Below, piece by piece: positions 28,266-36,174 of a DNA stretch of 64,000 bases. The stretch is from a virus (taxonomy: Duplodnaviria; Caudoviricetes): IMG/VR virus record IMGVR_UViG_3300014206_000010, positions 24,452 to 88,451 of that record. One strand, written 5' to 3'. A program made the position numbers and the translations under genes. The stretch's first letter is position 1; each line of letters starts with the position of its first letter. A model generated the notes under the pieces. It was given only the letters and a program-made list of their open reading frames with translations, searched no databases and was not told the origin of the DNA.

Positions 28266-28592
28266 TCATTTATTTCTTATTGATTCTAAAAATTCATTAC
28301 CTTCTTTCTTCCACCAAGTGACAAATTGAAGTTTATTCTCATATTTCTTTCCTTTATTATATTCATTGAAAGAATAAGTTACCACACGTCCAAAATTTAC
28401 AAGAGCTTCCTTAAATAATTTTTCTTTAATTTTTATCATCAATCTTTGAGCAACAAGTATATCTGGATTCATTCCATTCTCCGAACTTGAACAAGCTACA
28501 ATACATTTACATTCTTTAATTTGTTCTTTTATCACTTTGTCATAGTCGTTACACCAATGACGACAAAAATTTTCTTGATTTAATATTTTCAT
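28266..28592 (-). CDS. Hypothetical protein
   Basis: ORF track. Confidence 0.55.
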   Translation of the reverse strand: MKILNQENFCRHWCNDYDKVIKEQIKECKCIVACSSSENGMNPDILVAQRLMIKIKEKLFKEALVNFGRVVTYSFNEYNKGKKYENKLQFVTWWKKEGNEFLESIRNK

Positions 28593-29110
28593 AGCAATCC
28601 TTCTTCTTTAAATTCTTTCAATACATTTCTTTGAGCCATCATAAACTCAACAGATACACCCCATGCTTCATCACTTACCATTCTGATACCAGCTTTGTAA
28701 AAGTCCCAAAAGTAAGTATCAATAGAAGAATCAATAGAAGAATCAATACCACATATTTTGTAATTGATGTTTTCTCTACACAAAGGGATAAAGATATTTA
28801 TTTCATAATCTGATATATAAATATTAACACCTTTTTTGCAATCAATATCTTTTATGAATATTTTATGTCTGATTCCATTTATTCCGTCAGTAAAATAAAT
28901 ACTATGAATTCTAAAATCTTCAGAAGTCATTTTTTCTGCGCCCATTTGATTTGAATCAGGCAGTATCTTAGATATACATTCAAGCATTGTCTGAGATATA
29001 AGAACCCTTTTGCTAATTATCAGATTATTAATTTCAAACTTTTGTTTTTGTTTTTCTTCATCAAGTTCTTTCTGAAGTATCCAACGTGCTATTTTCTTTA
29101 CAATGTTCAT
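28589..29110 (-). CDS. Hypothetical protein
   Basis: ORF track; ATGA overlap. Confidence 0.6.
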   Translation of the reverse strand: MNIVKKIARWILQKELDEEKQKQKFEINNLIISKRVLISQTMLECISKILPDSNQMGAEKMTSEDFRIHSIYFTDGINGIRHKIFIKDIDCKKGVNIYISDYEINIFIPLCRENINYKICGIDSSIDSSIDTYFWDFYKAGIRMVSDEAWGVSVEFMMAQRNVLKEFKEEGLL

Positions 29111-29159
29111 ACGATTTATTATTATTTTGTTTAACTGGAATGAATAACTTTGATGGCTT

Positions 29160-29283
29160 CCCCCTTATGAAATACAAGTTTTTCCCCTCAAACCCCTTTA
29201 CAAAATTTCATTCAAATATTTGAAGTATTTGTATATTTGTTATGTATGTACATACGCTTACGCATAACCCCCTATAACCCCCC
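29160..29283. other. Non-coding element with five C4-C6 tracts (G tracts on the minus strand) and two perfect palindromes
   Basis: C-runs at 29160, 29184, 29193, 29268 and 29278; TTCAAATATTTGAA (29211-29224) and GTATGTACATAC (29244-29255). Confidence 0.6.
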
Positions 29284-29293
29284 TTCGGCAATT

Positions 29294-29470
29294 TCATTTT
29301 GCTACAATTTTTTTAAGTTTATTTTGGTAATCGGATAAAGCATTTTGCAATGCAGGAATAGGCTGATTGGTATAATTTTCAATCTTTTCATTCAGAATAT
29401 CTTGAATCATTTGGATATCTCTTTTTAATTGAAAAATTTGAATTTCTTTGTAATTTTTTTTATTATTCAT
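29294..29470 (-). CDS. 58-aa hypothetical protein (below track cutoff)
   Basis: Manual translation MNNKKNYKEIQIFQLKRDIQ...NKLKKIVAK*. Confidence 0.45.
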   Translation of the reverse strand: MNNKKNYKEIQIFQLKRDIQMIQDILNEKIENYTNQPIPALQNALSDYQNKLKKIVAK

Positions 29471-29626
29471 AACATCAAATATTTAATTGCTCGTGACCTT
29501 TAATTCATCAATCTAATAAAGTAATCATATTAAGTTTTAAAATTTAATAGCAATTTGCTTATCATCGTTATCATCATTGCTATTACTTAATAAACATTAA
29601 TATTTTCGTAAGATAAAAAATCTTAA

Positions 29627-29815
29627 CTATAATCCCCAAATTACATAATTCAAAAAATCAACCACTTTGTCCCAGAAGTATATAAATTGAACAAATAAAT
29701 AAATTGATATAATTATCAAAGAACCGTATGTAATCGTTCTCCAAATTTTTCTGTAAATAGGTTTCAAAACCTTCTTACCAAAACGTCCATCAATTGCATT
29801 TAATAATGTTTCCAT
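29627..29815 (-). CDS. Small membrane protein (start probably METLL at 29815)
   Basis: The track's N-terminal extension overlaps a promoter; TM segment YGSLIIISIYLFVQFIYFW. Confidence 0.55.
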   Translation of the reverse strand: METLLNAIDGRFGKKVLKPIYRKIWRTITYGSLIIISIYLFVQFIYFWDKVVDFLNYVIWGL

Positions 29816-29860
29816 GTTAATAATGTTTAATTTGTTATAAAATAACTTTGTTTTACAATA

Positions 29861-29891
29861 CAAAGATAATACCTTTTTTACAAACGGCAAA
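29861..29891 (-). promoter_or_regulatory. Bacteroidota-type promoter (TTTG-N19-TATCTTTG)
   Basis: Near-identical to the 17452 copy. Confidence 0.8.
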
Positions 29892-29950
29892 ATAAAAAAG
29901 GGAAAATCTTTGCGAAATTCCCTTTTACTTACAAATTAATTATAAAAACA

Positions 29951-30214
29951 TTATTTCATTATGTTAAGGCTACCAGAAACAATTTCAATTTGTTCTTTAT
30001 TTGGAATAAAAAAATATTCAGTTTCTCCATCAAGAATTAAAATTTCAGAAGAAGGTTGACTTTTTAATCTGAACGTTGTATCTCCAATTGCTTTAAATCT
30101 TACAATATTTCCACTAAATTCATCTGGTACTACACCAGAAATGAATGTTGCACCATAACCTATGCTCAATACTGGAATAGGTCTTGAATTAGAATCAACA
30201 GTATATGTTTTCAT
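29951..30214 (-). CDS. Hypothetical protein
   Basis: ORF track. Confidence 0.55.
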   Translation of the reverse strand: MKTYTVDSNSRPIPVLSIGYGATFISGVVPDEFSGNIVRFKAIGDTTFRLKSQPSSEILILDGETEYFFIPNKEQIEIVSGSLNIMK

Positions 30215-30258
30215 TACTTTTAATTTTTAAATTGTTTTATGATACTTAATAGTTGTTT

Positions 30259-30432
30259 TTATATTTCATGTATCTTAAGACTATTAATTACTTTGTAACC
30301 GTACAAGTATCTCAGTTTGTCCTCAACCTTATCTCGGCTTTCAGCTTCTATTTCCATTTTAAGCTGAATGATTTGTTCTTTACGACTTTTGCTACCAAAG
30401 AACTTAATTTTAAATTTCTTTAAATTCGACAT
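30259..30432 (-). CDS. 57-aa hypothetical protein (below track cutoff)
   Basis: Manual translation MSNLKKFKIKFFGSKSRKEQII...LKIHEI*. Confidence 0.5.
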   Translation of the reverse strand: MSNLKKFKIKFFGSKSRKEQIIQLKMEIEAESRDKVEDKLRYLYGYKVINSLKIHEI

Positions 30433-30472
30433 CTTTTGTTTGTTTTTTTTTAATTTGTTTAACTTTTGTTTT

Positions 30473-30922
30473 TTATAACGCTTTTTGACTAATAATTTTC
30501 ATTTGTTTCATTATCTTCATACGATAATTTTGAGATGCTTTAGGATTATGAAGTTTTATTGCTTTGTTTATATCTTTATCTAGATTATAATGATTTTGTA
30601 ATATGTTAAACATTTCTAAACTCTTCTTTTTATCAGTACGACAATCAAGAGTAAATTTATTTTCACCAATAATACGATTTACATCTTTAACAAAGATAGG
30701 AGTTATTTGTAAAATTCCTACATCGTTTTTCGTTCCAATAGCTTCAGGATTACCCTTGCTTTCTACTTGAATAAGAGCTTTTACAAATAATTCCCATTCA
30801 CTTTTACTTTCACATTTTGTTACTTTTTTCTTTGGAATGATTATTCTTATTTCTTGAGTATGTATTCCTAAATTACAACTTGATATTAAAAATATAATAC
30901 TCGTTAAAATCAATTTTTTCAT
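30473..30922 (-). CDS. Lipoprotein lytic transglycosylase (SLT/lysozyme-like fold)
   Basis: Lipobox-like FLISSC; ALIQVES (catalytic Glu), G..QITP motif. Confidence 0.75.
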   Translation of the reverse strand: MKKLILTSIIFLISSCNLGIHTQEIRIIIPKKKVTKCESKSEWELFVKALIQVESKGNPEAIGTKNDVGILQITPIFVKDVNRIIGENKFTLDCRTDKKKSLEMFNILQNHYNLDKDINKAIKLHNPKASQNYRMKIMKQMKIISQKAL

Positions 30923-31004
30923 TTCTATTTGTTTTAATGGTATTTCTTTGTTTTGTTCTTCTGGATGTCTCTCTTGAAATATTCTTTAAGAACTTTACTA
31001 AACT

Positions 31005-31034
31005 AAAAAAAAAGGGGCAACTTTCGCTTGCCCC
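31005..31034 (-). terminator. Terminator ending the tmRNA transcript
   Basis: GGGGCAA-GCGAAAG-TTGCCCC followed by U9 on the minus strand. Confidence 0.85.
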
Positions 31035-31345
31035 AAATTTCGGTTCACGCAACGGCTCTTAGCTGTTGAGGGAACATTTGAATTATTTTGCCTGTTATTG
31101 GCTTGTAAGTACTCCACAAATCATACTTATATGCTGTCAAATCCATTCACCCCCTTAAAAAATGATCGGATTGGCTTTTCATCTCCCCTTAGGTGAGTTT
31201 TGCATTCCGTTAGGCATTCCACCGATCATTTTTAAACACCGTACTATCGCGACGGATTAACGCATAATTGGCTGCTATGGTGGAGGTGACGGGAGTCGAA
31301 CCCGTGTCCAAACATACTTTACTAAATGTATCAACGTACTTACTT
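31014..31345 (-). ncRNA. ssrA: tmRNA gene, circularly permuted (two-piece): acceptor piece ~31343-31278, intervening segment 31277-31155, coding piece from 31154 to ~31035/terminator
   Basis: The 3' tRNA-like end (GGACACGGGTTCGACTCCCGTCACCTCCACCA) precedes the 5' end (GGGGGTGAATGGATTTGACAGC). 7-bp acceptor stem with G3:U70; tag ORF 31092-31045 encodes GKIIQMFPQQLRAVA*. Confidence 0.92.
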
Positions 31346-31348
31346 CAT

Positions 31349-31507
31349 TTATAACTTTGCTAAAATTAATAACCGAATTATAATTAAAAATAACAATATA
31401 ATACATAATATGTACGCTTTCTTATCAGAACTTTTAATAACTTGTTTAATGTCCTCTCTAATAGCTTTATTTTCCTGAACTTCTTTATTCTTCTTTACTT
31501 TAAACAT
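31349..31507 (-). CDS. 52-aa protein with C-terminal TM (below track cutoff)
   Basis: Manual translation MFKVKKNKEVQENK...YILCIILLFLIIIRLLILAKL*. Confidence 0.5.
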   Translation of the reverse strand: MFKVKKNKEVQENKAIREDIKQVIKSSDKKAYILCIILLFLIIIRLLILAKL

Positions 31508-31784
31508 AAGGCTCTATGTTTTTTTTTAGCCAAACTTCATCTTGGAAATTCTTTTTAAACTCCTCAATTTTCTTATCTGCTTCTTCTTTCGTATCTGCTT
31601 CAAATAGTTGAGACGAAGGACAAAGAGTATTAGCATAAGCATCTAATTGCGCTTGTTGATTATCATATATTCTTGTCCTTGCTAAATCAGGTGAATATAC
31701 AGGAATATTTGGATTATCACAAATATCATCAGGCAAGACATCATATTTTGTCCACGCCATATAAACTCCATAAATTTTACCCAT
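31500..31784 (-). CDS. Hypothetical protein (start probably MGKIY at 31784)
   Basis: The track's longer start overlaps the upstream gene. Confidence 0.55.
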   Translation of the reverse strand: MGKIYGVYMAWTKYDVLPDDICDNPNIPVYSPDLARTRIYDNQQAQLDAYANTLCPSSQLFEADTKEEADKKIEEFKKNFQDEVWLKKNIEPYV

Positions 31785-31788
31785 AATA

Positions 31789-31989
31789 TTATTCCTCCGT
31801 TTCTTTGTTAAGTTTTTCAACCATATCCATAGAGACACAAAGCAAGTTATTGTAATCTGAACTTTGAGCTTCTTTTAGATATTTATCAATTTGTTCTCGA
31901 TTCTTTTTCTCTTTTTTCATGCATCTTGTTACATATCCCATAATACAAAATGCGTTACCGTCTATTCCTACTAAATTATATTTTTCCAT
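31789..31989 (-). CDS. Small conserved-looking phage protein (LVGIDGNAF motif)
   Basis: The pattern L.G.DGNAF.IMG.V...M..........Y.......DY..LL is familiar from phage hypothetical proteins. Confidence 0.6.
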   Translation of the reverse strand: MEKYNLVGIDGNAFCIMGYVTRCMKKEKKNREQIDKYLKEAQSSDYNNLLCVSMDMVEKLNKETEE

Positions 31990-31991
31990 AA

Positions 31992-32294
31992 TTAAAAATT
32001 TACTTTATTTGTTACATAAATAACAATTTTCTTTACTCCGTTATTTGATACAAACCCTTTAATTGCATCAATGAATAATCTTTCGCCCTTATAAGAAATT
32101 TCTATATGAGCGTCTCCATCTAACATTTTAGTTAAAGATTCAGCGAATTTAGGGTCTTCTGCTTCCTCCTCTTTACTCATTTTAAAACTTTCTTCTACCT
32201 TATCCCTCAAATACTGAAGTCTGGTGTAATTTGCTCCCAAATCATCCGTATATTGTTCAGGAGTCAATTTGTCAAATTTGTTGTCTGTTTTCAT
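31992..32294 (-). CDS. Hypothetical protein
   Basis: ORF track. Confidence 0.55.
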   Translation of the reverse strand: MKTDNKFDKLTPEQYTDDLGANYTRLQYLRDKVEESFKMSKEEEAEDPKFAESLTKMLDGDAHIEISYKGERLFIDAIKGFVSNNGVKKIVIYVTNKVNF

Positions 32295-33631
32295 AATCTT
32301 ATACTTTTATTTGTTAAAAAATCCAACGCTTCATTAATTTCTTGGTCAGCTGGAATAGCATCAGCCGAAGGTTCAAATCCCGCAAGATATGCTGCTTCTA
32401 ACATCTGTTTATCATCTTGGTCTAAAACATTTACCCTTGTTGAATTGTCGCTCATATTATAATTTAGTCCTTCAGGAATATATTCAATTCCATATTTATT
32501 AAAGAGTGCTACAACGCTATCCCAATTACATTCTTCTCTGCTATCATTTTTTTCAAAGAACATTTTATCAACCGTTATTCTATAACCCTTGATAATAAGT
32601 TTTAACGCTTTTGCTTGTGCTTCTGAAAGTTTCTTGTTACCTTTAGCAGTTTTATGCATAGTAACAAATTCGTCAATTGTTAGTTCCTTCTTTACCTTCT
32701 TTGCTTTTTTTACTTTCTTCACAGACTTTGTTTCCTTCTTAACAACTTTCTTTACAGGCTCAGACTTCTTTGTAGAAGTCGTTGCCTTGTCAGTACGTTT
32801 TCCCTGCTTCTTGTCAGCTGGATTAATTCTCCAATCGAATTTTCCTTCAGCGTATTCCGTCCATAACCAAGTCGGGTGATTAGGATGAACGTCGCCCACT
32901 TTGCGAACAGTTTTAGCTTTCTTCTCCTTCGTCTGTTCCCCTTTATCAGCCTTCTTAGTTTCTTTCTTTGTAGATGCTTTATTTACTTTAGCAGCTTTCA
33001 TATCTTCAGCTTTCATATCATAAAAACTCATGTTTTCCTGATTAGAGAAAATAATAACATCATAACCAGTTTCTGTATCATAAGTTTCACAAATGTTTTT
33101 CTTGACTAAACTACCCATAACACCTTTAACGGTCTTGACTTTCATATTAAGTAAATTAGCAATATCATTACAATCAATATAACTATAAACTTCTCCAAAA
33201 TTATCTTTCAGTTGGTCATTCAATAACAAAATCACTTTAATTTCTTTTTCTGTTAATTTGAACGAATCCATAATTTCTTTGACGTTCTTATAATTAATAG
33301 CTTTGACAACTTTTTCAGTAGGTTTGCTTGCATCTTCTAAATTCTTTAAGCGACAAAACAAGATATTCTGAATGTCTCCGTTTGTAACATCTTCGCTTTT
33401 AATATTTTTTAACTCAGCAAGATTATTCCAATTATTGAGAATATATTTAGCAAGTTCCCTTGCTTCTTTAGCAGCTGGACGTCTTTTGCTTGAAATAGCA
33501 GATAGTTTTACAGCTTTAATTTCATTGAGCTTTATAAGACACTCATCCATTACAGAAATAACCTTTTCAACTGCGTTACTTACATTCTTATTATCTTCCA
33601 CCTTTACGGTCTTATTTAATTTTGTTGTCAT
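32291..33631 (-). CDS. Lys-rich protein with winged-HTH-like segment and GDVHPN/Trp module
   Basis: LTEKEIKVILLL..DIANLLNMKVKTVKGVMGSLVKKN; VGDVHPNHPTWLWTEYAEGKFDWR. Confidence 0.6.
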   Translation of the reverse strand: MTTKLNKTVKVEDNKNVSNAVEKVISVMDECLIKLNEIKAVKLSAISSKRRPAAKEARELAKYILNNWNNLAELKNIKSEDVTNGDIQNILFCRLKNLEDASKPTEKVVKAINYKNVKEIMDSFKLTEKEIKVILLLNDQLKDNFGEVYSYIDCNDIANLLNMKVKTVKGVMGSLVKKNICETYDTETGYDVIIFSNQENMSFYDMKAEDMKAAKVNKASTKKETKKADKGEQTKEKKAKTVRKVGDVHPNHPTWLWTEYAEGKFDWRINPADKKQGKRTDKATTSTKKSEPVKKVVKKETKSVKKVKKAKKVKKELTIDEFVTMHKTAKGNKKLSEAQAKALKLIIKGYRITVDKMFFEKNDSREECNWDSVVALFNKYGIEYIPEGLNYNMSDNSTRVNVLDQDDKQMLEAAYLAGFEPSADAIPADQEINEALDFLTNKSIRL

Positions 33632-33709
33632 ATTATTTTGATTTTAATTATTATAAACTTATTGATTTGTTAAAATAAACTTTGTTAAAAATAAACTTCA
33701 TGAAGTTAT

Positions 33710-34267
33710 TTATTGATGGGGATGTTTCTGTATGAAGAATGTCATACTTTCAGTTTCCGAACAGCTTTTACGGATTTCTTCCCAACTCTGACAATAACCT
33801 TCTATTTCTATAAAATCACCATTCCAACCGTTCACTGAATAAGAATAATGAGTAAGCGGTCTCCAATTAGGATGTTTTTCAAAGTCTTTTGATTTTCCAG
33901 TTTTAGAATTTTCTATTGTCGTAGAACAACTTCCTATACGTCCCATTAAATATGACCACCTGTTACAAACTCTAATATCAGTTTCTTTACCGAATTTGTT
34001 ATACCAAAGTTTACATTCTTCTTTTGTTAAATCATGTTTTGTGCCGTTGATAAAAGATTTTTTATTTTTGAAAGCAACCTTTTCTTCTACTTTAGGTTCT
34101 TCTGATTTAGGTTCTTCCAATTTAGGTTCTTCTACTTTAGGTTCTTTTGCTTTGGTAGATTGAGTCTTAATAGTTCTCCAGTCAAATTTTCCTTTAGAAT
34201 ATTCAGTCCAAGCCCATTTACCGTTTGAATGAACATCTCCAACTTTTCTTGAATTATTTGCTTTCAT
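33710..34267 (-). CDS. Early protein with N-terminal GDVHPN/Trp module and EEPK repeats
   Basis: VGDVHSNGKWAWTEYSKGKFDWR; 15-bp repeats encoding KVEEPKLEEPKSEEPK. Confidence 0.65.
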   Translation of the reverse strand: MKANNSRKVGDVHSNGKWAWTEYSKGKFDWRTIKTQSTKAKEPKVEEPKLEEPKSEEPKVEEKVAFKNKKSFINGTKHDLTKEECKLWYNKFGKETDIRVCNRWSYLMGRIGSCSTTIENSKTGKSKDFEKHPNWRPLTHYSYSVNGWNGDFIEIEGYCQSWEEIRKSCSETESMTFFIQKHPHQ

Positions 34268-34305
34268 AATCTTTATATTTTATTTGCTATTATATATTTA
34301 TACTA

Positions 34306-34336
34306 CAAAGATAATACTTTTTTAGCAAACGGCAAA
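34306..34336 (-). promoter_or_regulatory. Bacteroidota-type promoter (TTTG-N19-TATCTTTG)
   Basis: Same motif; the upstream ~50 bp also resembles the 17452 and 58285 copies. Confidence 0.8.
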
Positions 34337-34510
34337 ACTTTTTACCAATTATTTTTGGTAAATTTTTAATTTTTAGCAAGATTTAACTTTTACTTAATAA
34401 ATAAGCTAGAAAACCCAATAAAAAAAGCTCTAAACTTCACAGCCCAGAGCTTCACAAATTATAAATGAAAACAATCAATTCAATAAATTATATTACTTAA
34501 TCTTTTATCA

Positions 34511-34795
34511 TTATAAGTTTTGCCACCAATACTCTTCTTCACAAGAATCTTTAGAATCACTTACAGTACTTTCTTCTCCTTCATTTGGAATTTCTTTGTT
34601 TACTTTAACTTTTCTTTTTGCTACCCAAAGTGTCTGATTTGGTATTCTATTATAAGTAAATCCAAGGAGTTTTATTTTATAACTCTTTTCTGTTTCTTCT
34701 ACGACTTTAACCGCTACCTGATGTTTGATAAGATTTTTATCAAAATCCATAGTGGAATAATTATAAATTCCGTATTTGGTTACTAATTTAGACAT
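34511..34795 (-). CDS. Hypothetical protein
   Basis: ORF track. Confidence 0.6.
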   Translation of the reverse strand: MSKLVTKYGIYNYSTMDFDKNLIKHQVAVKVVEETEKSYKIKLLGFTYNRIPNQTLWVAKRKVKVNKEIPNEGEESTVSDSKDSCEEEYWWQNL

Positions 34796-35040
34796 CGCTC
34801 ATTTTTATATAAATCTTTCAAATATTTTTCTACATTTGCTGGTAATGTAGTTTCAGATTTACTTGATACAAATATTTCAGGTTCTTTTAAACTTATATTT
34901 TGTTTGTCAATATAAATACCAATACATAACCATTCAAATTCTAAAGTTCTACTTCCAACATTTAAATTGATAGCTGGAAGGATAGCCCAAAAACTCTTGG
35001 GTGTTAAATCAATATCAATCTTTAGACTTATACGTTTCAT
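34783..35040 (-). CDS. Hypothetical protein
   Basis: ORF track. Confidence 0.5.
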   Translation of the reverse strand: MKRISLKIDIDLTPKSFWAILPAINLNVGSRTLEFEWLCIGIYIDKQNISLKEPEIFVSSKSETTLPANVEKYLKDLYKNERCLN

Positions 35041-35081
35041 AGCTTATTATTTTTTTCTTATTAACCTATTAAACCTTGTAA

Positions 35082-35915
35082 TCATTTAATCTTACTCCAA
35101 TGAACTATAACATCCAAACTTTCTTTACCTTCAAAATCTCCTCCCCAATTGTTATTATTTCTTTTCTTGATAGATATTATATCAGGGAACGCTTCCGCCA
35201 TACGTTTGGTCTCTGAATTCATAAAATCAACATTCCTATAATTAGAGCAACCCCCTTTGGCATTAGAACCGCTTGTCTTATCAAACGCAAATTTATTTGT
35301 AATTAATATATCATACCCCATTTTCCGCATTGCTATACCAGTAGCAAAATCTTCCTTGATAGGCCAATCGGACATATATATAGGATTCTTCTTCTGAGAA
35401 TAATATTTCTTACAATCAACCCCCCATATAGCAAAGAAACGTTTATTGCGTTCTATATCCTTCATACCAATTCTATTGAAAGGTCTGAATGAAATTCCGG
35501 CAATACCTATATTCTTTTCATCAAGAGAATCCCATAACCAATTAAACATATTAGCCTGATGTTCTAATATTTCGCTGTCAGTAAAATTATTCTTGTTTAA
35601 CACTCTCGGAGTCTTGTATCCGTCGAGACGTACTGAGAACGTTATATTATCGTCCACAAATATTATCTTTCCCTTAGGAGCGTTGTAAGCAAGCCATTCC
35701 CTTACTTCAGCAAGATTCTTAGCATTGGAATCATATTCTTGAATATTTTTAACCTTATCACCCCAATTCTTTTGATGCAACTTTAATTCTCCTGAATGAC
35801 AAAACAAAGAAATTTGTTTTAATATTTCCGGATGTAACCTTTTCAAAGTTTTTTGATCATCAACTCTGCCCCGAGTTGTCAAAGCAATAAATATATCTTT
35901 GTTTATTTTTCTCAT
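35082..35915 (-). CDS. GT-A fold glycosyltransferase, TAGT/GREB1 (base-J glucosyltransferase)-like
   Basis: IALTTRGR, IIFVDDN (DxD-like), KEDFATGIAMRKMGY, GGCSNYR motifs. Confidence 0.65.
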   Translation of the reverse strand: MRKINKDIFIALTTRGRVDDQKTLKRLHPEILKQISLFCHSGELKLHQKNWGDKVKNIQEYDSNAKNLAEVREWLAYNAPKGKIIFVDDNITFSVRLDGYKTPRVLNKNNFTDSEILEHQANMFNWLWDSLDEKNIGIAGISFRPFNRIGMKDIERNKRFFAIWGVDCKKYYSQKKNPIYMSDWPIKEDFATGIAMRKMGYDILITNKFAFDKTSGSNAKGGCSNYRNVDFMNSETKRMAEAFPDIISIKKRNNNNWGGDFEGKESLDVIVHWSKIK

Positions 35916-36154
35916 TTTGATTTGTAAAAATAATTAATATCAAATTTATACAATTTTTTCCAATCAATAGGAAAGAATGGTGAAATATTATTTTTATTTA
36001 TACAATCAATCATTCTTTTTGCATCTTCCTGAGTTGTAAACAAAGCAACAGCAATTATTGTTGCTCCATAACCAGGATGAGTATCTCTTACTTTAATACT
36101 ACCAAAAAGTCTATTGATTTTAAAACAATTTTTTCCAATTTTAACTATTTTCAT
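35912..36154 (-). CDS. Hypothetical protein
   Basis: ORF track; ATGA overlap. Confidence 0.55.
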   Translation of the reverse strand: MKIVKIGKNCFKINRLFGSIKVRDTHPGYGATIIAVALFTTQEDAKRMIDCINKNNISPFFPIDWKKLYKFDINYFYKSK

Positions 36155-36174
36155 AATACAATGCTTTTACAATG

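Noticed and set aside
31278-31310. Possible tRNA-Ala or attB-like tRNA fragment
   Set aside because: No anticodon arm; it pairs with the downstream GGGGGTG..GAC piece and a tag ORF, so it is the tmRNA acceptor piece.
32291-32460. Possible artefactual fusion of a separate small gene (MSDNSTRV...) to the 446-aa ORF
   Set aside because: The frame is continuous as given; it cannot be resolved without reads or homologues.
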